Origin: an uncultured Ruficoccus sp.
GTDB lineage: Bacteria; Verrucomicrobiota; Verrucomicrobiia; Opitutales; Cerasicoccaceae
Length of the DNA: 64,000 nt
Assembly (NCBI GenBank): GCA_965140785.1
Contig: OZ223497.1
Span: 224,001-288,000, forward strand
Direction: 5' to 3'
The notes beneath the pieces are model-generated. The model did no database searches and had not been told where the DNA came from. It saw nothing but the letters and a program-made list of their open reading frames with translations. Below are positions 47,201 to 56,293 of this stretch, piece after piece (the stretch's first letter is position 1; each line of letters opens with the position of its first letter). A program made the position numbers and the translations under genes.

Positions 47201-48668
47201 GGTTGTCAGCGACGAGCTTCCCCAGTCCACGACCTCCTACCCGCCGCACGGCTGGCACTGGAGTAACCGCGGCGGAGTTACTTCGGCCCCGGTTGAGAAG
47301 CCGCACATCGGCGGATGGAAGCCGCTGCTGGAGTGTGATTTCGGAAGTATGTATTCACCGCTCATGACATTGAGATACGGCAGGGGCGAGGTGATTCTAT
47401 GTCAGCTCGATCTGGAAGATCACGCGGAGACAGACCCGGCTGCGGCGATGCTCTGCCAGAGAATGATAGCCGGTACAACGGACCCTGTCCGCGATGTTCA
47501 GCAGGGAAAAACCTGCTATAGCGGCTCAGCGCGTTGGGATGAGCTTTTGAAAAACATGAGTCTGGTATTCGAGCGTATGGACACTGGCCGTATCCCCCGG
47601 GATTGCGGTCTGTTGATTGTCGGGCCGCAGTCAAAAATCAGCTTGGACAGCGCGTTGGCGTTCGCGTCTTCCGGTGGCAAAGTACTTTCACTTCCCGGTT
47701 CGCCCCTGGAGGGCAACACACGGTGGAACGCGACATACAGCGGAAGCGCGGAGGTTCCCGGCTGGCCGGAATGCGCCGGGCTCTCCCTCAGCGACCTGCA
47801 TGTCCGGGCACTGGTAGAGATGGAGCTTTTTATCGAGAACGATGGGCGCGACATCGAGGTCGCCTCCAATGGCCTGCTGGCCCGCGAAAACGTCGGCAAA
47901 GGCGTGATTCTTTTCAGCCGCTTCGATCCGGATATGTATCAGGCCGACGAGAAAACCTATTTCCGGATTGCACGCTGGCGGAGCTACCGCGTGCTCTCGC
48001 AACTGCTCAGTAATCTCGGTGCAAAATTCCGGGTCGATGAAAAACTTTTTGCCGCGCAGGAGAAGGAAGCGCCCGAGTTGGAATCCCTCACCCTGAGTGG
48101 CGAATGGTTGGCGAAGCAGACGCTCACGCTGCCCAGGGATCGAAACCCGAGCGGTAAAAAGAAAGACCCGGGTGTGAGCGAAGCGGCCATGACGATCGTC
48201 AGCAGCGGCCAGATGCCCGACGGACAAACGGTTGTCCTGCCTGCCTATCAGGAAAGCTTCGGAGCGGAATGGACCAACTTTGACGGCGAAAGCGTTTTTC
48301 AAAGGGAGGTCACCATCCCGGCTGTATGGCAGGGCCAGGACCTGCTGCTTGAGCTCGGGAAAATCGACGACTATGACAATGTATATTTTAACGGGGTCGA
48401 AGTCGGTCATACCGGTGAAGAGCAGGAGGCGCCCTGGAGCTACGAACGCTCTTACCTTATTCCCGCGAAGCTCGTGAGCGAGGGTGGCAACGTCCTCATC
48501 ATACGGGTTTTTGACAACTACCATAAAGGTGGCGTGCTCGGTAGCAGTGGTGATCTCCAGCTACGGCCAACCTCTGACAATGGAGGACTTTTCGACGGCT
48601 GGTATTCATCGGATTATCGCCGCGATTTCCCCTTGGGAGATGATCCTCACCGCTATTACCGTTGGTAG
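44280..48668 (+). CDS. GH2-like glycoside hydrolase with C-terminal galactose-binding-like domain
   Basis: LNGVWEF, AWYRR.I..P..W.G.R....F, P.LW...QPNLY.L, FGFREF, RNHPSILMW, VEFG; C-terminal LELGKIDDYD.VYFNG..VG. Confidence 0.8.
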   Translation: MTERIFRLLIFIALFSSLPIPGMGGPVRLYAGDNNLGDTGAVPPAGEKLYWGHEPVEELSRTRSRRCLNGVWEFIPADNASTPVNGWGYIRVPGAWSTVLKQMPGVVRAGTGRAWEGFSTNNRSASAANVNCAWYRRPITIPEAWRGRRLFVDFDRVCTDAEVFVDGEKAGDIRWPGGVVEITGLVSASEEAMLEVRVVSFLDKTEATEYMGDASNHVFTKQIKLDNRGLTGDVFLISREPGAYIEDVFIQPSTRQKQLKIAFGLEGDDLPAALQVQASCVNSEGVVEKEYSQTLRLVPKAPQELEVVFDWEDPALWDFLQPNLYTLRLRVTGEGVDDEISQVFGFREFWIEGRKFMLNGKEFRLRPRNCIRNYHDREIVSTERMDGAIDSMISLGGNIQEFWPWDHYVRGTTRMLDLWCERADRKGWPVMAPVGSAREFISQWDTAESERSEWLRLTEREIKRLRNHPSILMWIHSPNRLALRYDQNPTILGNRERLTPRQDPDYMNLLHGAEQANEAIRSLDPTRPVTLHHGAAAGDLQTINNYLGWIPLQEQEEWLSRYMASGDIPYLPVEFGWEGHLDTRRGRNGWRGTKDSESLMTEFIASYFGPEAFREEDAKTRLLNPENFKQGQEYKQFYPPLTQLNNEMLYLFAKNVYLSWRTMNAPSAPLYWYLDYFWKKPQRGPKTAPQQVCGPFEPGKRGAYVPELTPFERYYMTEKSMDPTPASAFFKEAFSPVVAWICAPQVSGDIAAFTAKDHHFTAGGHITKAIALLNDTREEQSYGFTWEAFLGEELVASGSGDGQIKASQTLFLPLEFRVPSIDMPRQDGYIELSATIGDQTQTDRFGFRLYRPGPGGQPPLLIFDPLGKSQSMLEKLGYSLKPWKGDPALDTLVIGREAFSSGVELPGSLEDFVRAGGRVIIMQQQPQWLEQAAGFRTGAQVVRRVFPIPGAADMLEGIDREDLRDWSGHSSLLPVVSDELPQSTTSYPPHGWHWSNRGGVTSAPVEKPHIGGWKPLLECDFGSMYSPLMTLRYGRGEVILCQLDLEDHAETDPAAAMLCQRMIAGTTDPVRDVQQGKTCYSGSARWDELLKNMSLVFERMDTGRIPRDCGLLIVGPQSKISLDSALAFASSGGKVLSLPGSPLEGNTRWNATYSGSAEVPGWPECAGLSLSDLHVRALVEMELFIENDGRDIEVASNGLLARENVGKGVILFSRFDPDMYQADEKTYFRIARWRSYRVLSQLLSNLGAKFRVDEKLFAAQEKEAPELESLTLSGEWLAKQTLTLPRDRNPSGKKKDPGVSEAAMTIVSSGQMPDGQTVVLPAYQESFGAEWTNFDGESVFQREVTIPAVWQGQDLLLELGKIDDYDNVYFNGVEVGHTGEEQEAPWSYERSYLIPAKLVSEGGNVLIIRVFDNYHKGGVLGSSGDLQLRPTSDNGGLFDGWYSSDYRRDFPLGDDPHRYYRW

Positions 48669-48848
48669 CCTCATTTCTGGTCACGAGAAATTCATGCTGC
48701 CAATAACGGCATGGCTTGGCGCCGCAGAGCAGGTTTATGGAGCATCCGGCCTTTGGGCTAATACGGATCGAGGAGCTCACGCCCGTATCGTCGGTAAAAA
48801 TCACTTCCGGACTTGCCATAAGAGATGCTTCTCACACTTTCAGCGGTG

Positions 48849-49469
48849 ATGATAGATGCACTCGAAGCCCTGACCCTCCTGCGTGACGGTAACAAGCGTT
48901 TTGCAACCGGCCTGCGCAGTATTGACACCATGCTGAGCCAGGCTCATAAGCCGGATTTGGTCGGAGGACAGGCTCCGTTTGCTGTCATCCTCGGGTGCTC
49001 AGATTCAAGGGTTCCGGTGGAAATCGTCTTCGATCAAGGGCTTGGGGATCTTTTCGTTATCCGGGTGGCTGGAAATGTGGTCGCCTCTTCCCAAATTGGC
49101 AGCGTGGAGTTTGCGGCGGAAACTTTCGGCACGCGCCTGGTTGTTGTAATGGGGCATAGTAGCTGTGGAGCCATCAGCGCCACCCTGGACGCGATCCGGA
49201 ATCCGAAGGGCAAAAGCTCGCCCGGGCTCCTGTCTATCGTCAATCGTATCCGTCCGGCGGTCGAGGAGCTCATCCACGAGGGTGACGACGAGGCAACGCT
49301 CAAACATCATGCAGTCCGCTCAAATGTCCGGATGGCTGCCCAGATGTTGCGCAGTGGATCAGCGCTTCTTGAGCGCATGATCCTCAACGACGGGCTCCTC
49401 ATCGTCGGTGCGGAGTATTCGCTCGAAACCGGTCAGGTTGATTTCTTTGACGGCGTCCCTCCGCAGTGA
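48849..49469 (+). CDS. Beta-class carbonic anhydrase
   Basis: GNKRF, CSDSRVP, GDLFVIRVAGN, GHSSCGA zinc ligands. Confidence 0.95.
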   Translation: MIDALEALTLLRDGNKRFATGLRSIDTMLSQAHKPDLVGGQAPFAVILGCSDSRVPVEIVFDQGLGDLFVIRVAGNVVASSQIGSVEFAAETFGTRLVVVMGHSSCGAISATLDAIRNPKGKSSPGLLSIVNRIRPAVEELIHEGDDEATLKHHAVRSNVRMAAQMLRSGSALLERMILNDGLLIVGAEYSLETGQVDFFDGVPPQ

Positions 49470-49672
49470 GATTCCTGAGAAGCGACTGCTATCGCTGAGC
49501 ATAATCCCGTGGCCAGCGGCGTTGGGCAGTTTCGAGAACTGGTTTAGTGTCCCGAGTTTGAAGTTCGCGGCCTATTGATTGCGGGCTTACGCAGCCCGCG
49601 CCCGCGGCAGGCATCGCCTGCACTTCCGATGCTTACAGCATCGTCTCTGCGATTGGCGCATGTTGCCTGGAG

Positions 49673-52177
49673 CTAGCTCCGGCTCCAGCGGAACCAGGCT
49701 GCCTCGGCGATAAAGGCGACTGCCAGCAGTAGAAAGAGCAGTGGGCGCAGGCTTTGTACGCGAGAGATCGACTCTGTCTGCCAGGCATTTTCCAGCAGAT
49801 TGACGGGCCCTCCGCCAGAGGTTTCCGCCGCCTCCATGAGCGTTTGCAGCATGGCCGGTGGGGTTGCCCATTCCAGGTTTTGCTGTAAGGAGACTGGACC
49901 AAAAGCAAGGCTGGCCCCCGCCCACTGGACTGCGCCCAGATAGGGCTGGCCGGTTTTGAGATCAAGCCGTGCCTGATAGTGGCCAGGCGAGATACGCTCC
50001 CACGTGCCCTGCTCGCTCCCGGGAGTCTCCAACTGCTGATAAACGATGGACGGTGAACTACCGGGGTGCTCCTCTTCCCACTCATCATTGTAGAACAGGT
50101 CAAGTACCAGGGTGTTGCCGTCGAGCCGCGTTCGCAGGCCCAGGTTGCGATTGGTTGGTTCGCCGACCAGCCAGCGGGTAAGCGTCTGGATGAAGTCGCC
50201 ATAGTTCGGCCAACTGCGGATGCTCTCACTATAGGGCCCGCTCAGGGGGCAGGTGATCGCCGCGGTGCGTCCGCTGCCATAGTGCCAGAATGCGATGAGA
50301 GGGGCGCGGTACTCATCCGTGGTGTTCAAGGCACTACCGGCGCGGGGGCGTAGATAGCTCAGGTTGTAGCCGTCCACCTGGCCGGGCCAAGTCATGACTT
50401 GAGGAGAGATTTCTGCCCAGTCGGCATTCGCCTGCGTACCGACGGGTTCATCGATAAAAGCCGAGCGCGTAACCGCGACGGTTTCCTGGGCAAAGAACGA
50501 CGGAATATCCGCCGGGTCCTGACTGAAGAATATCCGGCCATTTCCGCGGGCGGCTACATCCTTCAGGAAATCAGCGTCTGTGTCTGTGTCCTGGCCGAGC
50601 CCGATGACGCTAATGGTGGCCCCCTCATCTGTCATTGTTTGAAGCAGCTTTTTATACTGACCCGGTTCCTCGGCGTCGGCTGCATCAGCAAAGAGGATCA
50701 TATGCTTTTGCCCGGCATCGGCTTTTTTCAATTCCTCCCAGGCGGCCTTCATCCCGGTATAAACGAAAATACCGCCCCCCATGCTGGCGATGCTGCGAAT
50801 GCGGCGCGATATTTCGGTCTGGTTGCCGGTCACGCCGGTGAGCGGCACGATGGTGTGCGGTTCGCTATCCACCGCGAAAACCGTGACGGCGTCGTGCCCG
50901 CCCATCAGATTGACGGTATCGGCAGCCCCGGCATTCGCCAAGTCCATCTTGGTTTGTCCGCCCCCGACGTCGGCCGCCATGCTACCCGATCGGTCGAGGA
51001 CGATCGCCATGGCCACGGCCAGCTTCTTGTGGTCCTCTTTTAACTCCATGCTCACCGGCAGAACGTCGTCAATCGGGGACTTGTAGTAACCACCGGATCC
51101 AAAGCTGTACTTGCCGCCCACCATGGCCAGCCCGCCGCCTTGCTCGGAGACATAGAAGCGCAGCGACTGGAGAAAGTCCTGCGGCAGGACATTGGCCGGG
51201 ACATTGTTGATGACGACCGCATGCGCGCCCATCAGGGAGCCGGCATTGAGAGTGGAAAAATCGTTGACCAGTTGCACCGGCAGGCCGATGAGTTCCAGGG
51301 ACTGGGCAACCGGGTCGTTCGCGTATTGACTTATCAATACAACACGCGGGCCACTCTCCGTTATGACCCAGGTGGCGGCATGGTTGTTGCCGGGGAGGGG
51401 GTCGTCCGGGTCGCTTAACTCCAGCAAATAACGATGGCTGCCGGGGCGAGGCTGGTGGTCGATGAGCCGTAGTTGTGCCTGCCCGTTGACATCGAAGATC
51501 AACTCCCGGTTGGCGATGACCTCCTTATCCCGTACGAGGCGGTAACGGACGACATGGCCGGGCGAACCGCTTGCCTTGATCTCCATCAGGACCGGCTCGC
51601 CGGGGTTGACACGAGTGGGCACCCGGAACAGGTCCAGGCGGGTGTCTTGGGTGCGGTCGATGGAGGGGAGGCGATAGGTCAGCGGCATGTCGGCCCTGCG
51701 TAGCTGCTCGCCCATGCTCTCGAGTGATTCCGTGCTATAGCCATCACTGAGCAGGAGTATCTTTCCGGCGCGGTGAGGGTCGCGGTTGGCAAGGGCCATC
51801 TGCACGGCCAGCGGGATGCGTGTGCGGTCGGTAACGGTGACATTGAAGTCGCGGGACTTGCCCGGGCGCACACTCGCCTCCGCGGCGAAATCAACATAGT
51901 GAAGGGTATCGTTATTGCCCTGGCTGGATTCGAGCAGTTGCTGCCATTCTTCCAGATTTGAGCTCAGGATGGGTTGTGCCGAGTCGGAACGGTCCACGAG
52001 CACCCAGAGGTCCAGTCCGGGGCGGTGCTGCTGCATGTACGGGTTGACCAGGATCAGCGTAAGCAGGCTGAGGCAGAGTATCCGCAACGGGCGCCACAGG
52101 CGAAGCCCGCGGTGTATCCAGCCTATGAATACGAAGGCGGGAATCAGCAGTAACCACTCAGGCTGACTGAATCCCAT
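49673..52177 (-). CDS. Membrane protein with two vWA domains and a glutamine-amidotransferase-like domain
   Basis: DRSDS and DRSGSM MIDAS motifs; GGGLAMVGG..SFG.GGY..SPI..VLPV; C-terminal TM. ATG at 52177 overlaps the upstream stop. Confidence 0.8.
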   Translation of the reverse strand: MGFSQPEWLLLIPAFVFIGWIHRGLRLWRPLRILCLSLLTLILVNPYMQQHRPGLDLWVLVDRSDSAQPILSSNLEEWQQLLESSQGNNDTLHYVDFAAEASVRPGKSRDFNVTVTDRTRIPLAVQMALANRDPHRAGKILLLSDGYSTESLESMGEQLRRADMPLTYRLPSIDRTQDTRLDLFRVPTRVNPGEPVLMEIKASGSPGHVVRYRLVRDKEVIANRELIFDVNGQAQLRLIDHQPRPGSHRYLLELSDPDDPLPGNNHAATWVITESGPRVVLISQYANDPVAQSLELIGLPVQLVNDFSTLNAGSLMGAHAVVINNVPANVLPQDFLQSLRFYVSEQGGGLAMVGGKYSFGSGGYYKSPIDDVLPVSMELKEDHKKLAVAMAIVLDRSGSMAADVGGGQTKMDLANAGAADTVNLMGGHDAVTVFAVDSEPHTIVPLTGVTGNQTEISRRIRSIASMGGGIFVYTGMKAAWEELKKADAGQKHMILFADAADAEEPGQYKKLLQTMTDEGATISVIGLGQDTDTDADFLKDVAARGNGRIFFSQDPADIPSFFAQETVAVTRSAFIDEPVGTQANADWAEISPQVMTWPGQVDGYNLSYLRPRAGSALNTTDEYRAPLIAFWHYGSGRTAAITCPLSGPYSESIRSWPNYGDFIQTLTRWLVGEPTNRNLGLRTRLDGNTLVLDLFYNDEWEEEHPGSSPSIVYQQLETPGSEQGTWERISPGHYQARLDLKTGQPYLGAVQWAGASLAFGPVSLQQNLEWATPPAMLQTLMEAAETSGGGPVNLLENAWQTESISRVQSLRPLLFLLLAVAFIAEAAWFRWSRS

Positions 52178-53919
52178 TAACGGCCCCTTTCTGCATAATG
52201 CCAGCCGGCGAGCATGATCCCGGCCAGCAGGAGAATCCATCCAGACTCATAGGCGCTTTCCTCACTGTTCATTTCTATGAGGTTGCGCTGCACCTCATCC
52301 ACATTCGAGTACGCCTTGGCGCCGCGAAGGTCAGCCTCGCGGACGTCGGCGAAATGAGAAGAGCCGCGCAGAAGCGTCTCCCCTGCGACCGTTACATTCA
52401 GCGGGCCGGGGCGAGTCGGTGCGGTCAGAATGAGACGGCCGTCTGCATCCACGGTCTCGCCGTTGACCTTAACAGCCTCTGCGTCCGCTGGCAGGCTGAC
52501 GACGACTCGCTCGCCCAGCTCGAAGTTGCGCGCCTCGAATCCGCTTTTCTCCTCGCGTAGCTGCTCGACGAAGCGTCCAATCAGCAGCACGGTTGCGGGG
52601 AGCTTGAGGGCGTTACTGTTTCGTAAGGAAAAGTTGAATACGAGGTCACGGCTATTGTTGGTTTCGCGTGTCCATATGAGTGGCGTACGGCCTTGCCACA
52701 CGAGCGGGGTTTCTCCGGCACCCAGTTCGTAGGGGAGGGTGCCTCCGTTTATGGTAAGGCTATTCCAGTTGAGTCCCCGATTCAGCGGATGCTCCTCGGC
52801 ACTGATAATGCCGTCGGGGATGACCAGCTCTTTCGGGGGCGGAGCAAAAATAATCTGTCTGGGGATGTCGTTCGCAGCGGGTTGGAGCGTGGCGGATTCG
52901 GTGATGAGCAGGTCTGTGCGTCCATTCAGGGTGCCGCGGTAAGTCTCACCGAGGCTTTTCAGGAGATTGCGTAGCGTCTGGGTCTGATCCTCATCTTCGG
53001 TGTTGACGAGATAAGCGATGCGTTTGGGCTCGGGCCACACCAGCGGCAAACGGTTGTCAAGCGGCCAGCGGTCATCTTCGAGCACGAGGGTGAGCGCCTT
53101 TCCTCCAGGAGGCATGACGCCAGCCAGGGCGAGTGCGCCGTTGGGCGGGACGGTGACGGTACGCGGCTCCGTGGGTTTGCCCTCGATTTCAAGCCACCAC
53201 TCGCGTTCGATTGCGTGATCGCTGTAGTTTCTCACCAGCGTTCGCCATACGGCCTCTCCTGCGTGCATGCCGACTTCCAGGCCCGTAAAGCCCGCATTGT
53301 CCAGCGGCTCCCCGACGCTGAGGATGGCCATCGGGCGTTCGTTTTTGTCCAAGGGGTGGTCCGTGACAAAAATAACCGCGCCCTCGGGGCCGACGAGTGC
53401 CCGTGCCAGATCCATGGCTTTGGTCCAATCATGGGTTCCGCGTTCGGGTTGCCATCGGTCCATAGCGAGCAAGAGGGCCTTCCGGTCCGCTCCTCGGTAC
53501 AAAACCGGGGCGCGCAGGTCGCTTTCCATGAGCAGCCAGTCGGTGTAGGAGGCACTCGTCGCCAACTCCTCGGAGTGCGTGCGCAGGGCTGCCCGCAGGT
53601 TCTGCTTAAACGCGTCCATTGAGAGCGAGCTGTCGAGCACAAACGCGACTTGCTGTTGGGTTTGCTCGCCGATCCAGCGGGGTTGCAGCAACAGCCAGGT
53701 AATGAGCAACGCGGCCAGGATTTGCAGCCAGAACGTAATCGAGTGCTTCCAGAAGACGAACTTTCGCCCGCCGGTGCGCTCCGTCGATCCACGCTTCACG
53801 AGGAAGAGCGTACTGATGATGAGCGGTTGGCGCTTACGGTGCAGGCAGTGGATGAGTACCAGGGCCGGGACCATGAGCAGGCCCCACCAGCCGAGCGGGT
53901 TGGAGATAATCAGTTGCAC
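52177..53919 (-). CDS. BatA-type N-terminal domain + vWA protein
   Basis: NP.GWWGL..VP.LVLIH.L.R...STLFL; LDSSLSM MIDAS; C-terminal TM. Confidence 0.8.
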   Translation of the reverse strand: MQLIISNPLGWWGLLMVPALVLIHCLHRKRQPLIISTLFLVKRGSTERTGGRKFVFWKHSITFWLQILAALLITWLLLQPRWIGEQTQQQVAFVLDSSLSMDAFKQNLRAALRTHSEELATSASYTDWLLMESDLRAPVLYRGADRKALLLAMDRWQPERGTHDWTKAMDLARALVGPEGAVIFVTDHPLDKNERPMAILSVGEPLDNAGFTGLEVGMHAGEAVWRTLVRNYSDHAIEREWWLEIEGKPTEPRTVTVPPNGALALAGVMPPGGKALTLVLEDDRWPLDNRLPLVWPEPKRIAYLVNTEDEDQTQTLRNLLKSLGETYRGTLNGRTDLLITESATLQPAANDIPRQIIFAPPPKELVIPDGIISAEEHPLNRGLNWNSLTINGGTLPYELGAGETPLVWQGRTPLIWTRETNNSRDLVFNFSLRNSNALKLPATVLLIGRFVEQLREEKSGFEARNFELGERVVVSLPADAEAVKVNGETVDADGRLILTAPTRPGPLNVTVAGETLLRGSSHFADVREADLRGAKAYSNVDEVQRNLIEMNSEESAYESGWILLLAGIMLAGWHYAERGR

Positions 53920-54812
53920 AGCTCAAGACCTCCCTGGGGGCCGGAGAGGGCCAGTAGCTGCTGCGTGAATTCCGCCTCGGCGCTGATGCGGGAAAAGCAC
54001 CCGGCGTGACGGGCGGTGGCGTCCGCCCAGCGGGCAAAGTGCTCCTCGTAGCGTTGGCGGTAATCGTCGATGTCTTGCTGGGTAAAGTAGCGCCGGACCC
54101 GTTTACTCGATTCGCAGTCGAGAAGCTCGACATTTCCGAGCCAGCCGGGACTTGTCTCTGCCCCGGAGTAAACGCTCAGCAGAATGACCTGATTGCCTTG
54201 GCGGGCCAAGCTGCTCAATTGGGTCTCCGGGTCCTGCTCGAAGAGAAAGTCCGAGATGATCACGCGCATGGACCGCATGGACCAGGGGACGCGCTGCCAG
54301 TTCATGCCGGGCTCATTGTTCGCGGCTGTTTCGGGCAGGGGCCAATCCCCGGCCCGCAGGCTGTCGATTTCCGGGAGGATGACTTCGCCCCCGGCGGTGA
54401 AGATGACTTTGAGCAAGGCGCCGTTTCGCCATGTGCTGTAGCAGGCGAAGTAGAAAAGCTCCAGAGCGCGGATGGCCTTGGCAGGCTCGACAAACATCGA
54501 GTCGGAGAGGTCGAGTACGAGGTCCACCTGGGGGCGTACCTCCTCGCGGTAGAGCTTCATGGTGTAGTTACCGCTGCGGGCGTAGGCCTGCCAGTTGATG
54601 TAGCGGGGGTCGTCGCCCATGACATAGGGGCGGTGGTCCTGGAAATCAATCGAACTGCCGATGCCGGCCCCGGCCCAGTTGCCGGCCTGGCCGCGCCAGT
54701 TCAGGCGGTTGAAAGGCAGGCGAAACTGCTCGGCGGCAGCCTCGCATCGGGCTTGGAGGGAGCTCAGTTCCTGCCGGACATTCGCCTGTTCCAGTCTTTC
54801 CGCGATAGTCAT
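53910..54812 (-). CDS. DUF58 family protein
   Basis: G.SIDFQDHRPY..GDDPR.INW.AYAR, LDLSDSM, IISDF. Confidence 0.9.
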   Translation of the reverse strand: MTIAERLEQANVRQELSSLQARCEAAAEQFRLPFNRLNWRGQAGNWAGAGIGSSIDFQDHRPYVMGDDPRYINWQAYARSGNYTMKLYREEVRPQVDLVLDLSDSMFVEPAKAIRALELFYFACYSTWRNGALLKVIFTAGGEVILPEIDSLRAGDWPLPETAANNEPGMNWQRVPWSMRSMRVIISDFLFEQDPETQLSSLARQGNQVILLSVYSGAETSPGWLGNVELLDCESSKRVRRYFTQQDIDDYRQRYEEHFARWADATARHAGCFSRISAEAEFTQQLLALSGPQGGLELCN

Positions 54813-54817
54813 GGCGG

Positions 54818-56293
54818 TTATTTATAGGCTTCCAGCACGGGCGGCAGCGGAACCTTGGCCTGTTGTTTGCGGACCCGGCGGTTGGAGATCGCTTTACGCT
54901 CCATGGCGGTCACGGTGCGGCTCTGCGGGATGGCCTTGATAAGTATGGCCAGCAGCGCCAGGGCGGTCGTGATGGCACTGGCGATGAGAAACACGGAGCG
55001 GTATGGATGGGCGTCGTAATCACCGATGATGCCCTCGTCCAACATTTCGAGAAACAGTACGGAGGTGGGGCTCCAGCTCGCGGCGAGCGTGGTATGAAGC
55101 TTTGTGTTCTCATCGATCAGGTAGAGCAGGATCATGAGGAGCCCGAGGCAGAGCTGGAAGAGAAGCATGAGCCGTCCATAGCGTTGACGGACCATCGGGG
55201 TGTAGAGGATAACCGCAAAGGGCACCAGGTAAGCACCGACAACAAGGAAGAGGAGGATGAAGGCTTTGGGAGGAAGCAAACCATCCAATTGCCAGACTAC
55301 CCCGATGAATATGCCAAGCGTCACCAGGCTGAAGGCGATGGCCGGGAGCCACCCCGGGTAGAAAAGCCGTCCGGCTACACGCCCGAAGATACCCAGCCGT
55401 ACGAAGGCATCATAGACGGGAGGGGAGTCGGAGACCGGGCGGCAGATACCGTCCCAGGCCACGACAAAGAAACTGCCAATAGCGATGACGAAGGGGACGA
55501 TCATGTCCTCGTCCAGATAAAGGCCGATGGCGGCCAGGAGGAACATCGTCCACAGGATGATACGCTTGGGCGTGTCGTGGTTTTCCCGAACCGGGCAAAT
55601 CCGGGAGGCGGCGAACTCCATCGCCAGCATGACCAGGAGAATCCCGCTGCCCAAGTACCAGGGGATCTGGCGGATGATGTCGTTGACGGTGAGAAACCCC
55701 ATGAAGGCGGCGTTCAGGGTTAAGGGCAACAGCCAGAAGCCGCCCATCACAATAATAATCCAGCGTACGATCGCAGAACGGATCACCGAGAGGCACACGG
55801 CGACACCCGTGATAATCGCCGAGGCCGCCAACAGGCAGAGGGCGAAGAGGAGACTCTCGTGGAATTCGACCGAGCCGATGTAGTAGCGCAGGACCAGATA
55901 GGGGAGCAGGGAGGCAACGAGCAGAGCCCCCTGCGCGACAATCGCGAACCATTTGCCATAGACGATGCGCCGGGCGCTCAGCCGGGTCAGGACCAGCAGG
56001 TCCAGTCGAGACTCGCGGCTCTCCGAGCTGAGCGCGTTTGTGCCCATCAGGGGGAGAACCAGCAGCATAATCAGGCTGACAATTACCCAGAACAGAGCCT
56101 CCATCTCGGAGTTGCGACCGCTGCCCTGACTCATTGCCATGCCGAAAATGAGGTAGAAGAGCATCACGACCTGAACGCCCAGTAAGACGATGGTGTAAAA
56201 CTTGGAACGCATCCCCTGGCGCAGTTCCTTCACGAGGATGGGGTTGATCCAGTTGCCGAACTTCTGTTCGATTGCACGTACGGATATTCTCAT
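54818..56293 (-). CDS. ABC-2 type permease-like membrane protein
   Basis: NPILVKELRQ, E....LDLL.LT.LS...IV.GKW; many TM helices. Confidence 0.8.
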   Translation of the reverse strand: MRISVRAIEQKFGNWINPILVKELRQGMRSKFYTIVLLGVQVVMLFYLIFGMAMSQGSGRNSEMEALFWVIVSLIMLLVLPLMGTNALSSESRESRLDLLVLTRLSARRIVYGKWFAIVAQGALLVASLLPYLVLRYYIGSVEFHESLLFALCLLAASAIITGVAVCLSVIRSAIVRWIIIVMGGFWLLPLTLNAAFMGFLTVNDIIRQIPWYLGSGILLVMLAMEFAASRICPVRENHDTPKRIILWTMFLLAAIGLYLDEDMIVPFVIAIGSFFVVAWDGICRPVSDSPPVYDAFVRLGIFGRVAGRLFYPGWLPAIAFSLVTLGIFIGVVWQLDGLLPPKAFILLFLVVGAYLVPFAVILYTPMVRQRYGRLMLLFQLCLGLLMILLYLIDENTKLHTTLAASWSPTSVLFLEMLDEGIIGDYDAHPYRSVFLIASAITTALALLAILIKAIPQSRTVTAMERKAISNRRVRKQQAKVPLPPVLEAYK

